DNA of 64,000 nucleotides. It comes from the human T2T-CHM13v2.0 reference genome, Homo sapiens. The stretch lies in assembly GCF_009914755.1 (NCBI RefSeq), contig NC_060933.1; one strand, written 5' to 3'. The notes below the pieces were generated by a model. The model was not told the DNA's origin, did no database searches, and was given only the letters and a program-made list of their open reading frames with translations. Shown one piece after another: positions 1 through 20,030 of this stretch (the stretch's first letter is position 1; every line of letters starts with the position of its first letter). The position numbers were made by a program, and so were the translations under genes.

Positions 1-90
1 TCCAAGGAGGGCTCTAGAATTTGCATTTCTAGAGAGTTCCCAGGTGATGCCGATGCTGTTGGACTGGGGACCCCACTTCAAGAACTGCTG
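1..90. mobile_element. MER5A-like hAT-Charlie MITE (partial)
   Basis: gaatttgcatttcta...gttcccaggtgatgccgatgctg...gggaccccactt matches the recalled MER5A terminus. Confidence 0.75.
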
Positions 91-360
91 CTATCAGTGC
101 TTGGAAATCTGAAGGATAGAAATATGCAGATGCCTAAGAGGTGGGAATAAGTGGAGTTAACAAGTAAATGGGTTAACCTCCATATGGAAAGTGCCAAACG
201 CCCATCACATAAGCCCTTTTCTAGCTCAAGGTGCAGTGTGGGAGGCCGACGTGAACAATAGTTTAGGATGTTAGCCATTCACACCAAGAACTGTGTGGGC
301 ATTGAAGGGGAGCACAGCTTCCTGCAGACCTGAAAGCATCAGGAACCATTCCTGGGTGGA

Positions 361-590
<230 letters not shown>

Positions 591-647
591 TCCTGGGTAG
601 ATCCTTTTTTTTTTCTTTTTTTTCTTTTGGAGATTCCTCTTTGAAGG

Positions 648-1038
648 TTTTTTGTTTTGTTTTGTTTTATTATACTTTAAGTTCTGGGATACATGTGCAA
701 AACGTACAGGTTTGTTACCTAGGTATACACGTGCCATGGTGGTTTGCTGCACCCATCAACCCATCATCTACATTAGGTATTTCTCCTAATGCTATCCCTC
801 CCCTAGCCCCCCACCCCCCAACAGGCCCCAATGTGTGATGTCCCCCTCCCTGTGTCCATGTATTCTCATTGTTCAGCTCCCACTTATGAGTGAGAACATG
901 CGGTGTTTGGTTTTCTGTTCCTGTGTTGGTTTGCTGAGAATGATGGTTTCCAGCTTCATCCATGTCCCTGCAAAGGACATGAACTCATCCTTTTTTATGG
1001 CTACATAGTATTCCATTGTGTATATGTGCCACATTTTT
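648..1038 (-). mobile_element. L1PA (L1PA7-like) 3' end, 5'-truncated
   Basis: ttattatactttaagttctgggatacatgtgca...gtatatgtgccacatttt is the antisense L1PA 3'UTR/ORF2 end. Confidence 0.92.
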
Positions 1039-1787
1039 GTGGATTTTTCAAGAAGAGAAGGTTTCCAGACAAAGGGGCAAGGCGAGGCATGTGCTCTTCC
1101 AGCAGCAGAACAGCGTGGAACTGAGGAGGGGATGTGGAGTGTTCACAGAGCAGCAAGCCGTGCAAGTGTCCCCAAGGGGAGCGTGCAAGTGAGGCAGTGA
1201 GGACAGGGTGCAGAGGTGGGCAGGGCGAGATCCAGGGAGCATGGCAGCGCAGGGGGAGGAGTCTGGGCAATATTCTGAAGGCTTCTTTGACATCGAGGAC
1301 AGAGGAAGCTTCGCTAAGACTCCATATAAGGGGTCATCAGAGAAAAAAGAAGCAGGAACACAGCTCTCCCCAGACCTCTAGGTCCTCCGTGGTAGGACTT
1401 ATCTGCCCAGTTCACTCTGGTTTCCCGCTGGTGTCAGGGCCCTGCTAGCCTCCTAGCCTAGGTGCAGGACTCGGCTTTCCCTTTCCTTTTAATTTCGTTG
1501 AATGATTTGGGAATTTCATAGAGGGAAATTTGTAAAGACACTGGGCAAACATAGAACCAAAATGAACACAAAGAGAATACATGGGTCTAGAGATAAGGCT
1601 TCTAGCTCCACCTTTTGCAGGCTACATGGCCTTGAGCATGTTACTTAACTCCATGTGCAGCTGTCTCTGTATTTAAATAGGGAGCTTATCCCCTAACAAG
1701 ACCCACAAGACCTTATAGGGCCCGGCACTCCCTGCTGTTTTCAGCCTGAGCTCACACTCACTGACTCTGCCCCAGCTACATAAACCT

Positions 1788-2091
1788 CTTTTATTTATTT
1801 ATTTGTTTATTTGAGACGGAGTCTCACTCTGTCACCCAGCCTGGAGTAAGGTGGCAAGATCTCGGCTCACTGCAACCTCTGCCTCCTCGGTTCAAGCACT
1901 TCTCTCGCTCAGCCTCCAGCGTAGCTGGAATTACAGGCACTTGCCACCACGCTCAGCTAATTTTTGTATTTTTAGTAGAGACGGGGTTTTACCATCTTTG
2001 CCAGGCTGGTCTTGAACTCCTGACCTTGTGATCCACCCGCCTCGGCCTCCCAAAATGTTGGGATTACAGGCGTGAGCCACCGCGCCCGGCC
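1788..2091 (-). mobile_element. AluS
   Basis: Full-length antisense Alu; TSD ata(a/g)acctctttt on both sides. Confidence 0.95.
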
Positions 2092-2099
2092 TATAGACC

Positions 2100-2700
2100 T
2101 CTTTTAACTTGGGTTTACTGTGCTCCTTTCTGCCCCAGGCCTTTGCACACGCTGTTTCCTTTGTCTGCAATAGTCTTGCCCTCACCTCACTAATTAACTA
2201 CTACATTAGATCTAAGACCTACTCCTTCAGGGAAACCTCTGCTCTCCCTGAATAGGTTAAATCTCTCTGATTATAGTGTTTTTTAGTATCAGGAACTTCT
2301 ACCTGATGTCACTTAATGATTGCTTTTTGTGTAATTATTTGCTTAATGTTTGTCTCCTACTAGAACAGGGGTCAGCAAACCATAGCCAGCTTTGGCCTGA
2401 AGCCTGTTTTTATAAAAAAGTTTTATTGGCATGCAGCCACACCTACTTTTTTACATATTGTGTGGTTGCTTTTTCACTACAGTGGCAGAGTTGAGTAGTT
2501 GCGGCAGAGGCCTTATGGCCCACAAAACCTAAAATACTTACAATCTGGTCCTTTATGGAAAAAAAAAATTGCCAATCCCTGTATAATCTCCATGAAAGCA
2601 AGCACAAGGTCTATTTTTGCTTACTTACTTATCCTCAGCATCTAGCATAGTGTCTGCCACATAAAAGATGCATAATATTTATTTTAAAAAAGTGAATGCA
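2100..2700 (+). mobile_element. L2 3' fragment interrupted by MER58A
   Basis: tgtctcctactagaa|tataatctccatga and tctagcatagtgtctgccaca resemble the L2 3' end. Confidence 0.65.
2366..2581. mobile_element. MER58A hAT-Charlie MITE
   Basis: TIRs caggggtcagcaa...ttgccaatccctg; internal gagttgagtagttgc and aaaatacttacaatctgg. Confidence 0.88.
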
Positions 2701-2873
2701 AGAAGATTTTTTAAATGACTATTTTGCCAGAGTGTTGAAAGAGTTAAATAAGAGACAGTGTTATTTTTTAAAAACCAACAACGTATGCCTAGAACACAGT
2801 AGGTGTTTAATAAAAAATAAATGTTATCAGTTTGTTGTTGTTGTTGTTGTTATTCTCAGGCTTTCCTTAGTGC

Positions 2874-3699
<826 letters not shown>

Positions 3700-4072
3700 T
3701 GATGTTCAGTCTATTTGAAGCATATTATTTGCAAACCTTGTCATAGTGTTTGGGTGATGCCCCTTTAACCTGTCCTGGGGGCTTTGCTTCACCAGGGTCA
3801 TCTAAATGATGGCAGTTCCATCTTTCTTTATGGCCACCTCCTGCAGGGACAGCAGAATAACTGCTTGTGGTTGGTCAGGAGATGCTGGAAGACTGGAGGA
3901 GAGCTCCTGATGGGGCAGTGATGAGCAGAGGCTTGTGGACTGGAACCGTGTGGTTTCATAGGTGAGAGGAGCGGGCAAAGGAGAGCAGGCTCAAAGCCCG
4001 GCCTAGAAGCTGTTTAGTCTGGAGTTGGCCCAGCTGGATGTAGAATCCAAAAGAAGGGAGGGTTTGGTAAAA

Positions 4073-4408
4073 CTAGAGTCAGCAAACTGTCACCTGCAGG
4101 CCAAATCCAGCCTGCTTCCAGCTTTTATGTAACTTTTACACTAAGCATGGTTTTTACCTTTTTACATGATTGGAGAAAAAAACAAAAGAAGAATAGTATT
4201 TTGTGACACATAAAAATTTTAGGAAATTCAAATGTCAGTGTCCATCAATAAAGCTTTATTGGAACACAGTCCTGCCCATTCACTTATGACTATGGCTGCT
4301 TTCATGTTACAACAGCACAGTTGAGTAGTTGGCTACAGAGACCATATGGCCCCTAAGCCTGAAATATTTACTGTCTGGCCCTTTACAGAAAAAATTTACC
4401 AACCCCCA
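4073..4408. mobile_element. MER58B hAT-Charlie MITE
   Basis: gtcagcaaac...aataaagctttattggaacacag...aatatttactgtctggccctttacagaaaaaatttaccaaccc. Confidence 0.85.
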
Positions 4409-4599
4409 AGTTATACTATTAGTCTGAGCTGTGACAGTGGCTTTGACCCAAGCCCATCAGAACACATTCCCTGTTCAGTGTTGCCTGACCTCTGCAAACC
4501 CCACCAGGTCCCATCCTAGGAGCGGTAGGGAGAGAACAGGTTAATTAGATGGGTTAATTTGAGGAACTATTCTTTCAAGAGGTGAGAAGGGATGAGATG

Positions 4600-4840
4600 A
4601 GAGAACGCGATGGAGTTAAGACCATGGGCTCTGATTCAAATGTTGATTTCACCACTTATAGCAGTGGGACGGACCTTGAGCAAGTGTCTTAACCTCTCTG
4701 AGCAGCAGTTTCCATATAATAAAATGTGAATAATTATATGGTCAAATATATAGTGTCATTGTGAGGAGCAAATGAGCTAATGCATCAACAATGTCTGGCA
4801 TATGGTAGACACTTAATAAATATTCACTGCTATTAATTAC
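4600..4840 (+). mobile_element. MIR
   Basis: MIR core gaccttgagcaagtgtcttaacctctctgagc..cagtttcc. Confidence 0.7.
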
Positions 4841-5467
4841 TGTGATTAGATGGAGTACAACAGAGGAAGAGTTGGCCTGGGAGAGGAAAAAGCTATCTTT
4901 CTTCGAGCAGCATGTGGAATAGAGTAAAAACAACAGGCATTCGAGATAAACAGACCTGGGATCAATTCCCTTTGTTAGTGATGCTATGTGACTTTAGTAA
5001 AGTTGATTAACTTCTGAGCCTTGGTTTTCCCCCCTCTATGGAACTCAGATGTCAAGGGGTGGGGGTGGGGGGCCTTCCTGCTCTTGAATTTAGGAAATGT
5101 ACTTCCTTTATAGTACTGCCTGTCACCATCTCAGGTGAAACACACGTGGCTTCTGTTTCACCCTATGCCAGAAAGCCCATTCAAAAATTCTCTTTCAGCA
5201 TTTCATGAGCTTAGTAAATTTACTTGAGATTTTAAGACTTATGCTTTTGAGGGTAGGGGCATATTGTGCCACACGAAGCCTTTCTCTAAAGCTCCTGCTC
5301 TTTTCTTGCCTCTTCCCCTCTCCTCTTCTTTCTGAATGAGGAGCCCACCATCCCCTCACCCTGCCCATTCCACACATATTTCCTCATCTCTCTCCCCTCC
5401 CGCCACATTGTCCAAAGAGGCTGATCAAGGCATTTTCCCATGAAGATGATTCTCTCCCCAAGATAAA

Positions 5468-5747
5468 TTTTTTTTTTTTTTTAAACAGAGTCTTGCTCTG
5501 TCACCCAGGCTGGAGTGCAGACTGCAATTTCCGCCTCCTGGGCTCAAGCTATTCTCATGCCTCAGCCTCCTGAGAAGCTGGGATTACAGGCGTACACCAC
5601 CACACCTGGCTGATTTTTTGTATTTTTAGTAGAGACGGGTTTTGCCATGTTGGCCAGCCTGGTCTCAAACTCTTGACCTCAAGTCATCCGCCCGCCTCGG
5701 CCTCCCAAAGTGCTGGGATTACAGCCCTGAGCCACCACGCCTCGCCC
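5468..5747 (-). mobile_element. AluS with small internal deletion
   Basis: Antisense Alu; TSD ccccaaga(t/g)aaatt. Confidence 0.93.
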
Positions 5748-6424
5748 CCAAGAGAAATTCTCATACCAGCTGCTAAAAGAATATGATTTCCTCCATCCTC
5801 TAACAAGCAAAACAGGGATAATTATGCCTACCTCACAGGGTGTTTGTGGGAATTAAATGAGGTAATGTTTCTGCAAACTGCTGGCACATAGCAGGCAGTC
5901 AATAAATGTTAGCTCCCTCCTCCTTTGATTCTTCCTTTGTGAAGTGAAGGAACAAAGAGAGATATTGAGAGATATTTTGAGGTGGGGAGGAGAGTACATA
6001 AAGCAGCCAAGAAGGTCATCTCCTTGACCATCACCCTCCAGTAAAGTGGAAGAGATTATTTGCCAAGAGCAACTGGAAGAGGTGGAGGGGCTCAGGGCGG
6101 AAGCTAGACAAGCCTGGTTTATCTTGGAGTCCACCCAAAAGGGTTTAGTTACTAGAACAGCAGTTCCTCTACATGAATCCTTCAGGTTCTTGAAAAATGT
6201 TATTAAATCACTTCTGCATCATAAATAATCCTAATTTTATTACTCTGCCCTCTCAGGCCAACGTGTGAGTCCTGCAAGGTCCCTCTCCTGCTAAGCTGCA
6301 GGCCCAGGCACACAGCTGCACAGGGCAGGATCCCAGGCTTGGCTGAATAGGATCCAGTGGCCTGTATCGTCTGCTGGCTTTCTCTGATGTTTTCCAAGCT
6401 GTTTCATTTTTTTATTTTTCTTTA

Positions 6425-6853
<429 letters not shown>

Positions 6854-7046
6854 TCCAAGCCCTTTCGAAGTTGAGTTCTTCTTAGTAATCTTCCTTGAGG
6901 TGTAGGACTCCAAATGGGAGGTTTATTAGCAAGGTCCTGGGTGCAGAGTCATGGGAATTTGGGAATTCTGTTACTTGTCTATTTAGATATGTCTCTTGTC
7001 CTGTTTGTTTGTGTTAGTTAGCTTTTCTTTTTCTTTTTTTTTTTAA

Positions 7047-7362
<316 letters not shown>

Positions 7363-7555
7363 AAACCACGGAATTTTTTTTAAAACTTCTTCCAAAAGAG
7401 TGGATGGATGGCTTTCGTCCATTCTTCTGTGGGCCAAGCATGTTTCTCCCCCATGTAAAAACAAATGGTTGTGATTATTCAATATCAAATTGTATCCTAC
7501 ACCTTAAGAAGTCCCTGCTATTTTCCCCAGCTGTCCTCATCCATATCTATGTATC

Positions 7556-8060
<505 letters not shown>

Positions 8061-8137
8061 TGTCTACAATTTTTTAACCCACAGATTTCACGTAGCTTTT
8101 CTTCCCAGAGCAAAGTAAGTTGAAAAGTAGCAACACC

Positions 8138-8425
8138 AGCCGGGCATGGTGGCTCACGCCTGTAATCCCAGCACTTTGGGAGGCTGAGGGTGGTGGATCA
8201 CAAGGTCAGGAGTTTGAGACCAGCCTGGCCAACATGGAGAAACCCCGTCTCTACTAAAGATACAAAAAATTAGCCGGGTGTGGTGGTGCGCACCTGTAAT
8301 CCCAGCTACTCAGGAGTCCAAGGCAGGAGAATCACTTGAACCCAGGAGGAGGAGGTTGCAGTGAGCCGAAATCACGCTATTACACTCCAGCCTGGGCGAC
8401 AGAGCAAGACTCTGCCTCAAAAAAA
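8138..8425 (+). mobile_element. AluS
   Basis: Sense Alu; TSD aaaagtagcaacacc. Confidence 0.95.
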
Positions 8426-9269
8426 ATTTTTTAAAAAGTTAATTAATTTTAAAAAAGTAGCAACACCTGTCTCTTTTATGTGGCATTCTGGGCTTTAAAA
8501 AAAAACAAAAAACTAGAGTTTAGGAAACATGGGTTCAATTCCTAGTTCCTCTCAGTCCACTGTATGTCTTCTGAAGGATTCTTTCTTTCTTTAAATGTTT
8601 TGGTTTTATGACTTAATGTTTTTCCCAAATATAAAAATTGTGTGTGTTCCTGTGTAAAACATGGAAGGCACTAAAAAATATAAAGAAAATGTAAACAAAA
8701 ACCATGCTTAAGTTCCACCCTCAGAAACTCCACTGTGAACATCTTGCTAGATTTCACTAGGGTTTTGTTTTCTCTGCAAATGTGCTTACATAGTTACCAA
8801 ATGTGATCCAATTGTAAACAGTTTTGAAGCCTGCTTTTCTACTTAGGTTTATTTCATGAGCATTTCCTAGTCATTAAAAATTCTTCAAAAGCCTATTTCT
8901 GCACCATAACACATTTCATCATTCTCAGATTGTTCCACACTTAGGCCGGGTCCAGTTTTTCACTCCATAAATAATACTGCAGTGATCCACTTTGTACCTT
9001 GGATTTGCATATCTGAAAATTCCCTTAGAAGGTATTTCTAGAGGTAAGATTTCTAGTAAAATAGCATCCTGGACCTCACTTTAGTCATCACTGTTAAGTC
9101 AGCCCAAAGTGTTTCATCTTGAGTCTGATAAAATGTTTGTTTAGTCACTAAAATAGGAAAAGGACTTGGTAATTTTTGCCTATATTGTGGTTTCATGGGA
9201 TGCAACTGGAGAACAAAATAATACAATGATGTTCACTGTAATTATGATTTGGAGCTATTTAAAGGAGGT

Positions 9270-10259
<990 letters not shown>

Positions 10260-11531
10260 GTCTCTTCTTCCTCTTTTACCAGCTGTGTCCTGCCGGGTAT
10301 GGACAGGACAGAAGCCCAGCTGCAGAGCACCCAGTTCTCTATCTGGAAGGGAAGAGGAATGCCTATCAGGCTGTTCTCCGTTAGCTGCTTATTCAGGAAG
10401 GAAGGATGGAGGGAGAAAATGAATGCAAAAACACTGCTTTAGGACTTTGGTGGTGTGTTTTGTTTTCAGTTTTGTTTTCCACAATTGCAAGAACATTAGC
10501 CTTGCCTATTTAGCAGTAATATTTCCTTTACATTTTTCACAAGTTCCTTTTGAAGAGGTTCTCAGCTCATCCATTGGTGCAGTGCTAGATGTGAACAGTA
10601 AAAATAGGAGTTATTAAAGACAACGGTGACAGTGAATTCTGTCACGAAGGAGGTGACTATCGTTTTCAATACTGTCCGTAGCAGTTTATCTTGGTTACAA
10701 ATGACCTCCAAACAGCTGTTCAGCTTGGACAGCTCCACAGGTGCCCCATTGTATATAGAGAGAGCTTGGGGCTTAAGTTCTAATTAACAGCCATTTTCTC
10801 TTGTCCCACCTCCTAATGTTGACTTAAAACAATACCAGTGTCACACAAGACTACACAGGTTGTTTCTGTTTACGTCAAGTAGACTGGCACCCCAGTGAAA
10901 CACAACACAATATCCACAACAAAAAATAAACACAGCCTTCAACCTGCTTCCTCTTTTTTACCTTGCCAGGCTCCTCTGATGAGAACCCCACCAGAGAGAT
11001 TTGCCTGTGTTCACACACTGGCACAAGAGTGAACTCTGTAGAATTTCTAATAGCACCAGAAGTGAACTTGGGTAGAAATGAGCCACAGAACCTTTGGGAA
11101 ATGCTACCAGCATAGAATCTTCCCAGGGGTTTAGGTCTCTGCAGTAGGGGACTCTGTACAGCCAGAAATATGCTTTAAGCATCTACTCTGCCCAGATTTG
11201 AGCATGTTGCCTGGCCCCTAGAGATGCCCAATCAATATAAACTGAATTGAAGTGAGTTCTGTTGAGTTAGAGTGGATGGGATAGTAAAAGGTAGAAAAAG
11301 GTGTGATGCTCTCTTCTTTGATTTTCAGGTAGTCTAATAACAACAACAATAATAATTAATATCTATGAAGTGTTTGCTATAGGACAGGCCTGTTTTCAAG
11401 CACTTTACATGCATTTTTTTTTAAATTCATACAACATTCCCATGAAGTAGGTATTTTTAATGTTTCCATTTTAGATGAGAAAGCTGAAGTTAAATCACTG
11501 TCCCAAGGTCATAAAACTAGCATGCAGGCTA

Positions 11532-11696
<165 letters not shown>

Positions 11697-12109
11697 CTAG
11701 CTACTAGGGAGGCTAAGTTGGGAGAAGGTGGGAGAATCACCTGAGCCTGGGAGGTCAAGGCTGCAGTGATCACGCCACTCTGGACTCTAGCCTGAGCAAC
11801 AGAATGAGACCCTGTCTCCCCTGGCACGGTGGCTCACACCTGTAATCCCAACACTTTGGGAGGCTGAGGCAGGTGGATTGCTTGAGGTCAGGAGTTCAAG
11901 ACCAGCCTGACCAACATGGTGAAACCCCGTTTCTACTAAAAATACAAAAATTAGCTGGGCATAGTGGCAGGTGCCTGTAATCCCAGCTACTCAGGAGGCT
12001 GAGGCAGAAGAATTGCTTGAACCCAGTGAGAGGCGAAGCCAGCTGGACTTCCTGGGTCAAGTGGAGACTTGGAGAACTTTTCTGTCTAGCAAGAGGATTG
12101 TAAAATGCA

Positions 12110-12283
12110 CCAATCAGCACTCTGTAGCTAGGACTGTAAAACACACCAATCAGCGCTCTGTAGCTAGCAAGGGGATTGTAAAATGCACCAATCAGCACTC
12201 TGTAAAAATGCATCAATCAGCACTCTGTAGCTAGCAAGAGGATTGTAAAATGCACCAATCACCACTCTGTAAAACACACCAAT
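12110..12283 (+). promoter_or_regulatory. CCAAT-box (NF-Y) array in LTR12 U3
   Basis: CCAAT at 12110, 12146, 12188, 12255 and 12279, plus a TCAAT variant at 12213. Confidence 0.6.
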
Positions 12284-12503
12284 CAGCAGGATCCTAAAAG
12301 TAGCCAGTCGCAGGGAGGATTGAAAAAAGGGCATTTTGATAGGACAGAAACTGAACATGGAAGGGGACAAATAAGGGAAGATAAGCTGGCCACCCCAGCC
12401 AGCAGCAGCAACCCACTCGGGTCCCCTTCCACGCTGTGGAAGCTTTGTCCTTTTGCTCTTCACAATAAACCTTGCTACCGCTCACTCTTTGGGTCCATGC
12501 CAT

Positions 12504-12569
12504 CTTTAAGAGCTGTAACACTCACCTTTAAGAGCTGTAATACTCACCTTTAAGAGCTGTAATACTCAC
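12504..12569 (+). repeat. 3 x 22-bp tandem repeat in LTR12
   Basis: ctttaagagctgtaa(c/t)actcac x3. Confidence 0.95.
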
Positions 12570-12774
12570 CGTGAAGGTCCGTGGCTCCGTTCTTGAATTC
12601 GGTGAGAGCACAAACCCACCAGCAAGAACCAACTCCAGACACACCAGGAGGCAGAGGTTGCAGTGAGCTGAAATTGCGCCATTGCACTCCAGCCTGGGCT
12701 ACACAGCGAGACTCTGTCTCAAAAAAAAAAAAAAAAAAAAAAAGTTTGAGACCCTATCTCAAAAACAAAACAAA

Positions 12775-13094
<320 letters not shown>

Positions 13095-13409
13095 CCTAGC
13101 ATGCAGTAGAATTGGAGCCCCAACAGTCTGACTCTGGAGCCATTCACTATTCCACTGTCTCTCAAATGGAGCATTTTAGGGACCTGAGTTTTCTATGAGA
13201 GGTAGTATATGTATACAGCATCCTGAAGAAATTACGGAGTTTGCACCTTAACAAACATGTATGTATTTATAGAAGATGTTATTTGTACTGTTAAATCATA
13301 TGTATATATATGTACACCATATATTTTATCTATATTTCTACAAACTAATCAGCAACATGTGATAGTGACGCTAGTTTGAGCAATCTTTTATAATTAGTGA
13401 AGTATATTT

Positions 13410-13620
13410 AAACATTTATTGAAGGATAATATACCTACAGAAAAATGTACATATCATATGTGTATAGCTTCATGAGTTTTCACAAACTGGAATACACTCA
13501 TGCATCCACCTCCCAGAACAAGAAACAAAACATTCCCAGTACTCCAGAGACCCGGTCCAGTCTCTCCCTCCCCTAGGTGCAGCCTCTATCCTGACTTCTG
13601 ACACCATAGATTACTTAGCA
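13410..13620 (-). mobile_element. Old L1M (L1MD/ME-like) 3' fragment
   Basis: tttattgaaggataatatacctacagaaaaatgtac...ttttcacaaactg...cattcccagtactccaga. Confidence 0.6.
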
Positions 13621-13637
13621 ATGGGAAATTTTAAAAT

Positions 13638-14140
<503 letters not shown>

Positions 14141-14363
14141 TTATAAGATAAACCTAAAACAATAAATATAAGAGAAATCAATCATTGAGTTCCGTTTCTT
14201 GAGGTTACATCATTCGAATCCACCACCTTCTTGTGGAGATCCAGAAGTGCCCTTTCAAATACCTGTGAGAATGGGCTGGGAATGAGGAAGGGGCTGGCAT
14301 ACACTTATCTAAGCATATTTGTAAATAAAGCAAAAAGCAATTTACAGGGGAGTCTGTGGTAGG

Positions 14364-14672
<309 letters not shown>

Positions 14673-14729
14673 TAGATTTTTACACATGGATAAGACTATC
14701 CAAAATGCCTTCTAATATTCAGGCATCGG

Positions 14730-16150
<1,421 letters not shown>

Positions 16151-16189
16151 GATACTTGTAAACAAACGAATGTTGATTAACATGTGGAT

Positions 16190-16383
16190 TAATTAGCTGA
16201 GTACGGTGGCACATGCCTGAAGTTCCAGCTACGGTGCAGCCTGAAGTTCCAGGCTAAGGTGAAAGGATCACTTGAGCCCAGAAGATCGAGGCTGCAGTGA
16301 GCTATGATCTCACCACTGCACCCCCGCCTGGGTGACAGAGTGAGACCCTGTCTCAAAAGAGAAAAAGGAAAAAGAAAAAAAAA
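16190..16383 (+). mobile_element. FRAM/AluJ right monomer
   Basis: ggatcacttgagccca...gaggctgcagtgagctatgatc. Confidence 0.85.
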
Positions 16384-16704
16384 TGTGGATTAATCCCAAA
16401 AAATAAAAAAGGCATTAGAATTCCTAGAAAATTATCAGTGTTGTGATGGGAAATGGGTTGGTGGGTGTAGTGATAATTCTTTCTTTACCCTCCTGCTCTG
16501 AATTGATGAACATCAAACTCATCCGTAGGTAGTCTCACTGAATTCTATCCAAGAAGCAGCATTTTAAAGATGACTGGTCTTTCGTTCTGTAATTGTCCTG
16601 TGTTTTATTTTACTACATAATTTGGCATGAATCAAGTTCAAATCCCTTGTTATTTGTAATGAAAGGTTTCTAGTCATCTTGTTTTCAAATGTTACTTGTA
16701 AGCA

Positions 16705-17795
<1,091 letters not shown>

Positions 17796-18589
17796 AAGCA
17801 TACCCTTTCTTGTTTGTATGAGAAACAAGAAATGAGGTTTCCCTCCAACTGGACCCTTCTCAATCTCCTCGTAAATAATCCAGATTTTCAGGGTTCAAAA
17901 TACTTCAGAGCTATAAAGTAGAGACTGCTGAAAGATGTATTAATTCCTCCAGGCCTCCTAGGTGCTATTTAAAATGTTATTGCTTCATATCCCGTAATAG
18001 AAGCTGAAACCTTATTGATGGCCTTTCTCCTGATTGTTTGTATGTGGAGGGTGAAGGTTTGGGAATAAAGAGTTGGTGAACTAGAACAGAACACTGAATT
18101 AACTCTTTCAGCAAGGCTTAAAATAAAGGAGTTTAGTCTTATAAACTCTAAAGCCTAAAAGATACTGAAGCTTCCAGAATGAATCAGTAGCTAAGACAGT
18201 GTCATTAGATGCAATAATTACTGGAGGGGTGAAAACCTTGTTGATGCTGACTGAAAATAGGTACATTTAATACTTCTTTTATAGCAACATTTCCAATACT
18301 GTACTAATGTGAATATTAACATAGTGTCTGTGTATTAAAATATGCACATTCTGGTTATATAGAAGAAACTTCAAACAGCCATCTTTTTATTATTAATAAA
18401 AGGTTAATCAGGTTTATGTTAACATCTTCACTTCATAGATTGGTCTGTTTGCAATAGGGAAAGAAATGAGACCATCAATGGCTAGCTTAAAAAATTCTAC
18501 CTATAATAATAAACAAATATGCATGAATATAGAGGCAACCTGAATAGTAGGTATATTTTGGATCTGGTGTAACTAGATACATGGGAAGA

Positions 18590-18735
18590 AAGCCCTGATT
18601 TGTAGCATTTGCCAAGCTATATGGTGCAAATATTTCTACCATGTTTGACTTCTGGCTACCACATGGCATCACAGAATGCGAAGTTGGGAGGAGATACACC
18701 CAGTTGGTTCTGTGAGATGTATGAGCGAGTCCTAC
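18590..18735. mobile_element. MER63-like hAT MITE
   Basis: ggtgcaaatatttctaccatg...gaagttgggaggagat resembles recalled MER63. Confidence 0.6.
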
Positions 18736-18849
18736 ATCATTGTTTATAATTCTTGGAAAGCCAGTTGGGTGGTAGGTACTTGGATAAGCCTTCTTATAAT
18801 ACTATAGGAAACAAGGGCAAATTTTATTGGCAAGGTCTGTGGCAGAGTC

Positions 18850-20030
18850 ATGTAATGTGCATTGAATCTCCATTTACTCCCTGATAATTCTCATCGGCCA
18901 ATGGACTGGGAGCAGAGATGGAAACATTTAAAAGTTGTGGAACCCCTCAGCCCTCTCTTCCCTTACTACTGCCATCAGAGAGGTCGCATTCCCAATGGTG
19001 CAGATACAAGATGGTGTAACCCATATCAACCTGTTTCCATGAATGTCTGTGTGGAGCCCAATGCCCATTCACCCACACTGGGTATGTACGATGCTTCAGT
19101 TTGCTACTACTGCCTAACAAGCTATCCCATACAAAATGGTTTAAAACAACAATTTGTTGTTACTTCTCCAATTTTATGAGTTGGCTGGGCTCACCTGGGG
19201 AGTTCTTACAGTCTCGCTTAGAGTCTGTCCTGTGGTTGTGTTCAGATGGTGCCTGGGTCTGGGGTGCTTAGGAAGCTTGACTGTGATTGAACTAAAGATG
19301 CTTCTTTGCTTATGTCTGGCACTTTGGTGCTCCTCTGCATAGAGGTTCATTCTTCAGATATTTTATATTGTGAATGGCTCCAAATGCAGTATCAGGAAGT
19401 GCCCGGATTTCTAAGGCACTGGGGAGAGCCACAGTGTCACTTCTGCCACACTTATTTCTGTACACTTCCTTGTTTAAAATGAGTCATGAGATCGTGCAGA
19501 GTCAGAGTGGGAGGTAACTTTCCAAGGGTGCGATTGCCAGGAGGGAAGAGTCATTGGGAGCCCTTTTTGGAGACTAGCTACCACATACCATGAGTAAGAA
19601 ACAAACCTTTGTCATGTTAAGCCACTTAGATTTCAGGGTTAATTTGTTCCCTTGGCAAAAACCTAGCCTAATCTGATTAACCCAGAAATTGGTACTGTAT
19701 TAGTGATGATAAGCTAGAAAAAACAAACGCCCAAATATCTGTGGCTTAACACATAGTCCCCTGGGGATCTGATGACACTCCAGGACTGCGGCCTTCTAAT
19801 GGTGACTCAGGGGTCCACGCTGCTTGCCTTTTGTTGGTTCACCATCCAGAACATGTGACTTCTAGCTAACTGGTGCAGAGGAAAGAGATCCTGGGGACTC
19901 ATAGGTCTTCAGTACCTATTAACCAGAACTAGTCATGTGCCCCCTCACTCCAGCTACAAACAGGCTGAGAAATTGTGGGGAGCATGTGGGCATTTGGTGA
20001 TTAGTAGATGTCTTGGTCATAATGTGATGT
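18850..20030. mobile_element. Old MaLR (MLT1-like) LTR remnants
   Basis: gtaagaaacaaacctttgtcatgttaagccact; gtcacttctgccaca; tgtggcttaacaca. Confidence 0.5.

Larger units (their letters stand above)
12027..12643 (+). mobile_element. HERV9 LTR12 (LTR12F-like) solo LTR
   Basis: TG...CA ends (tgagaggcgaagcc...ccagacaca), 4-bp TSD ccag (12023-12026, 12644-12647), repeated caccaatcagc units, AATAAA at ~12464. Confidence 0.93.

Noticed and set aside
2358-2590. MER58A missing its right-hand 8-bp TSD
   Set aside because: Simple decay or a small deletion in an old element is sufficient.
10626-10645. 7-bp inverted repeat gtgacag/ctgtcac (similar ones near 36336 and 41040)
   Set aside because: Stems this short are expected by chance in 64 kb.
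12090-12290. Spaced direct repeats resembling a CRISPR array
   Set aside because: Ordinary LTR12 U3 CCAAT repeats in primate DNA; no unique spacers or cas genes.
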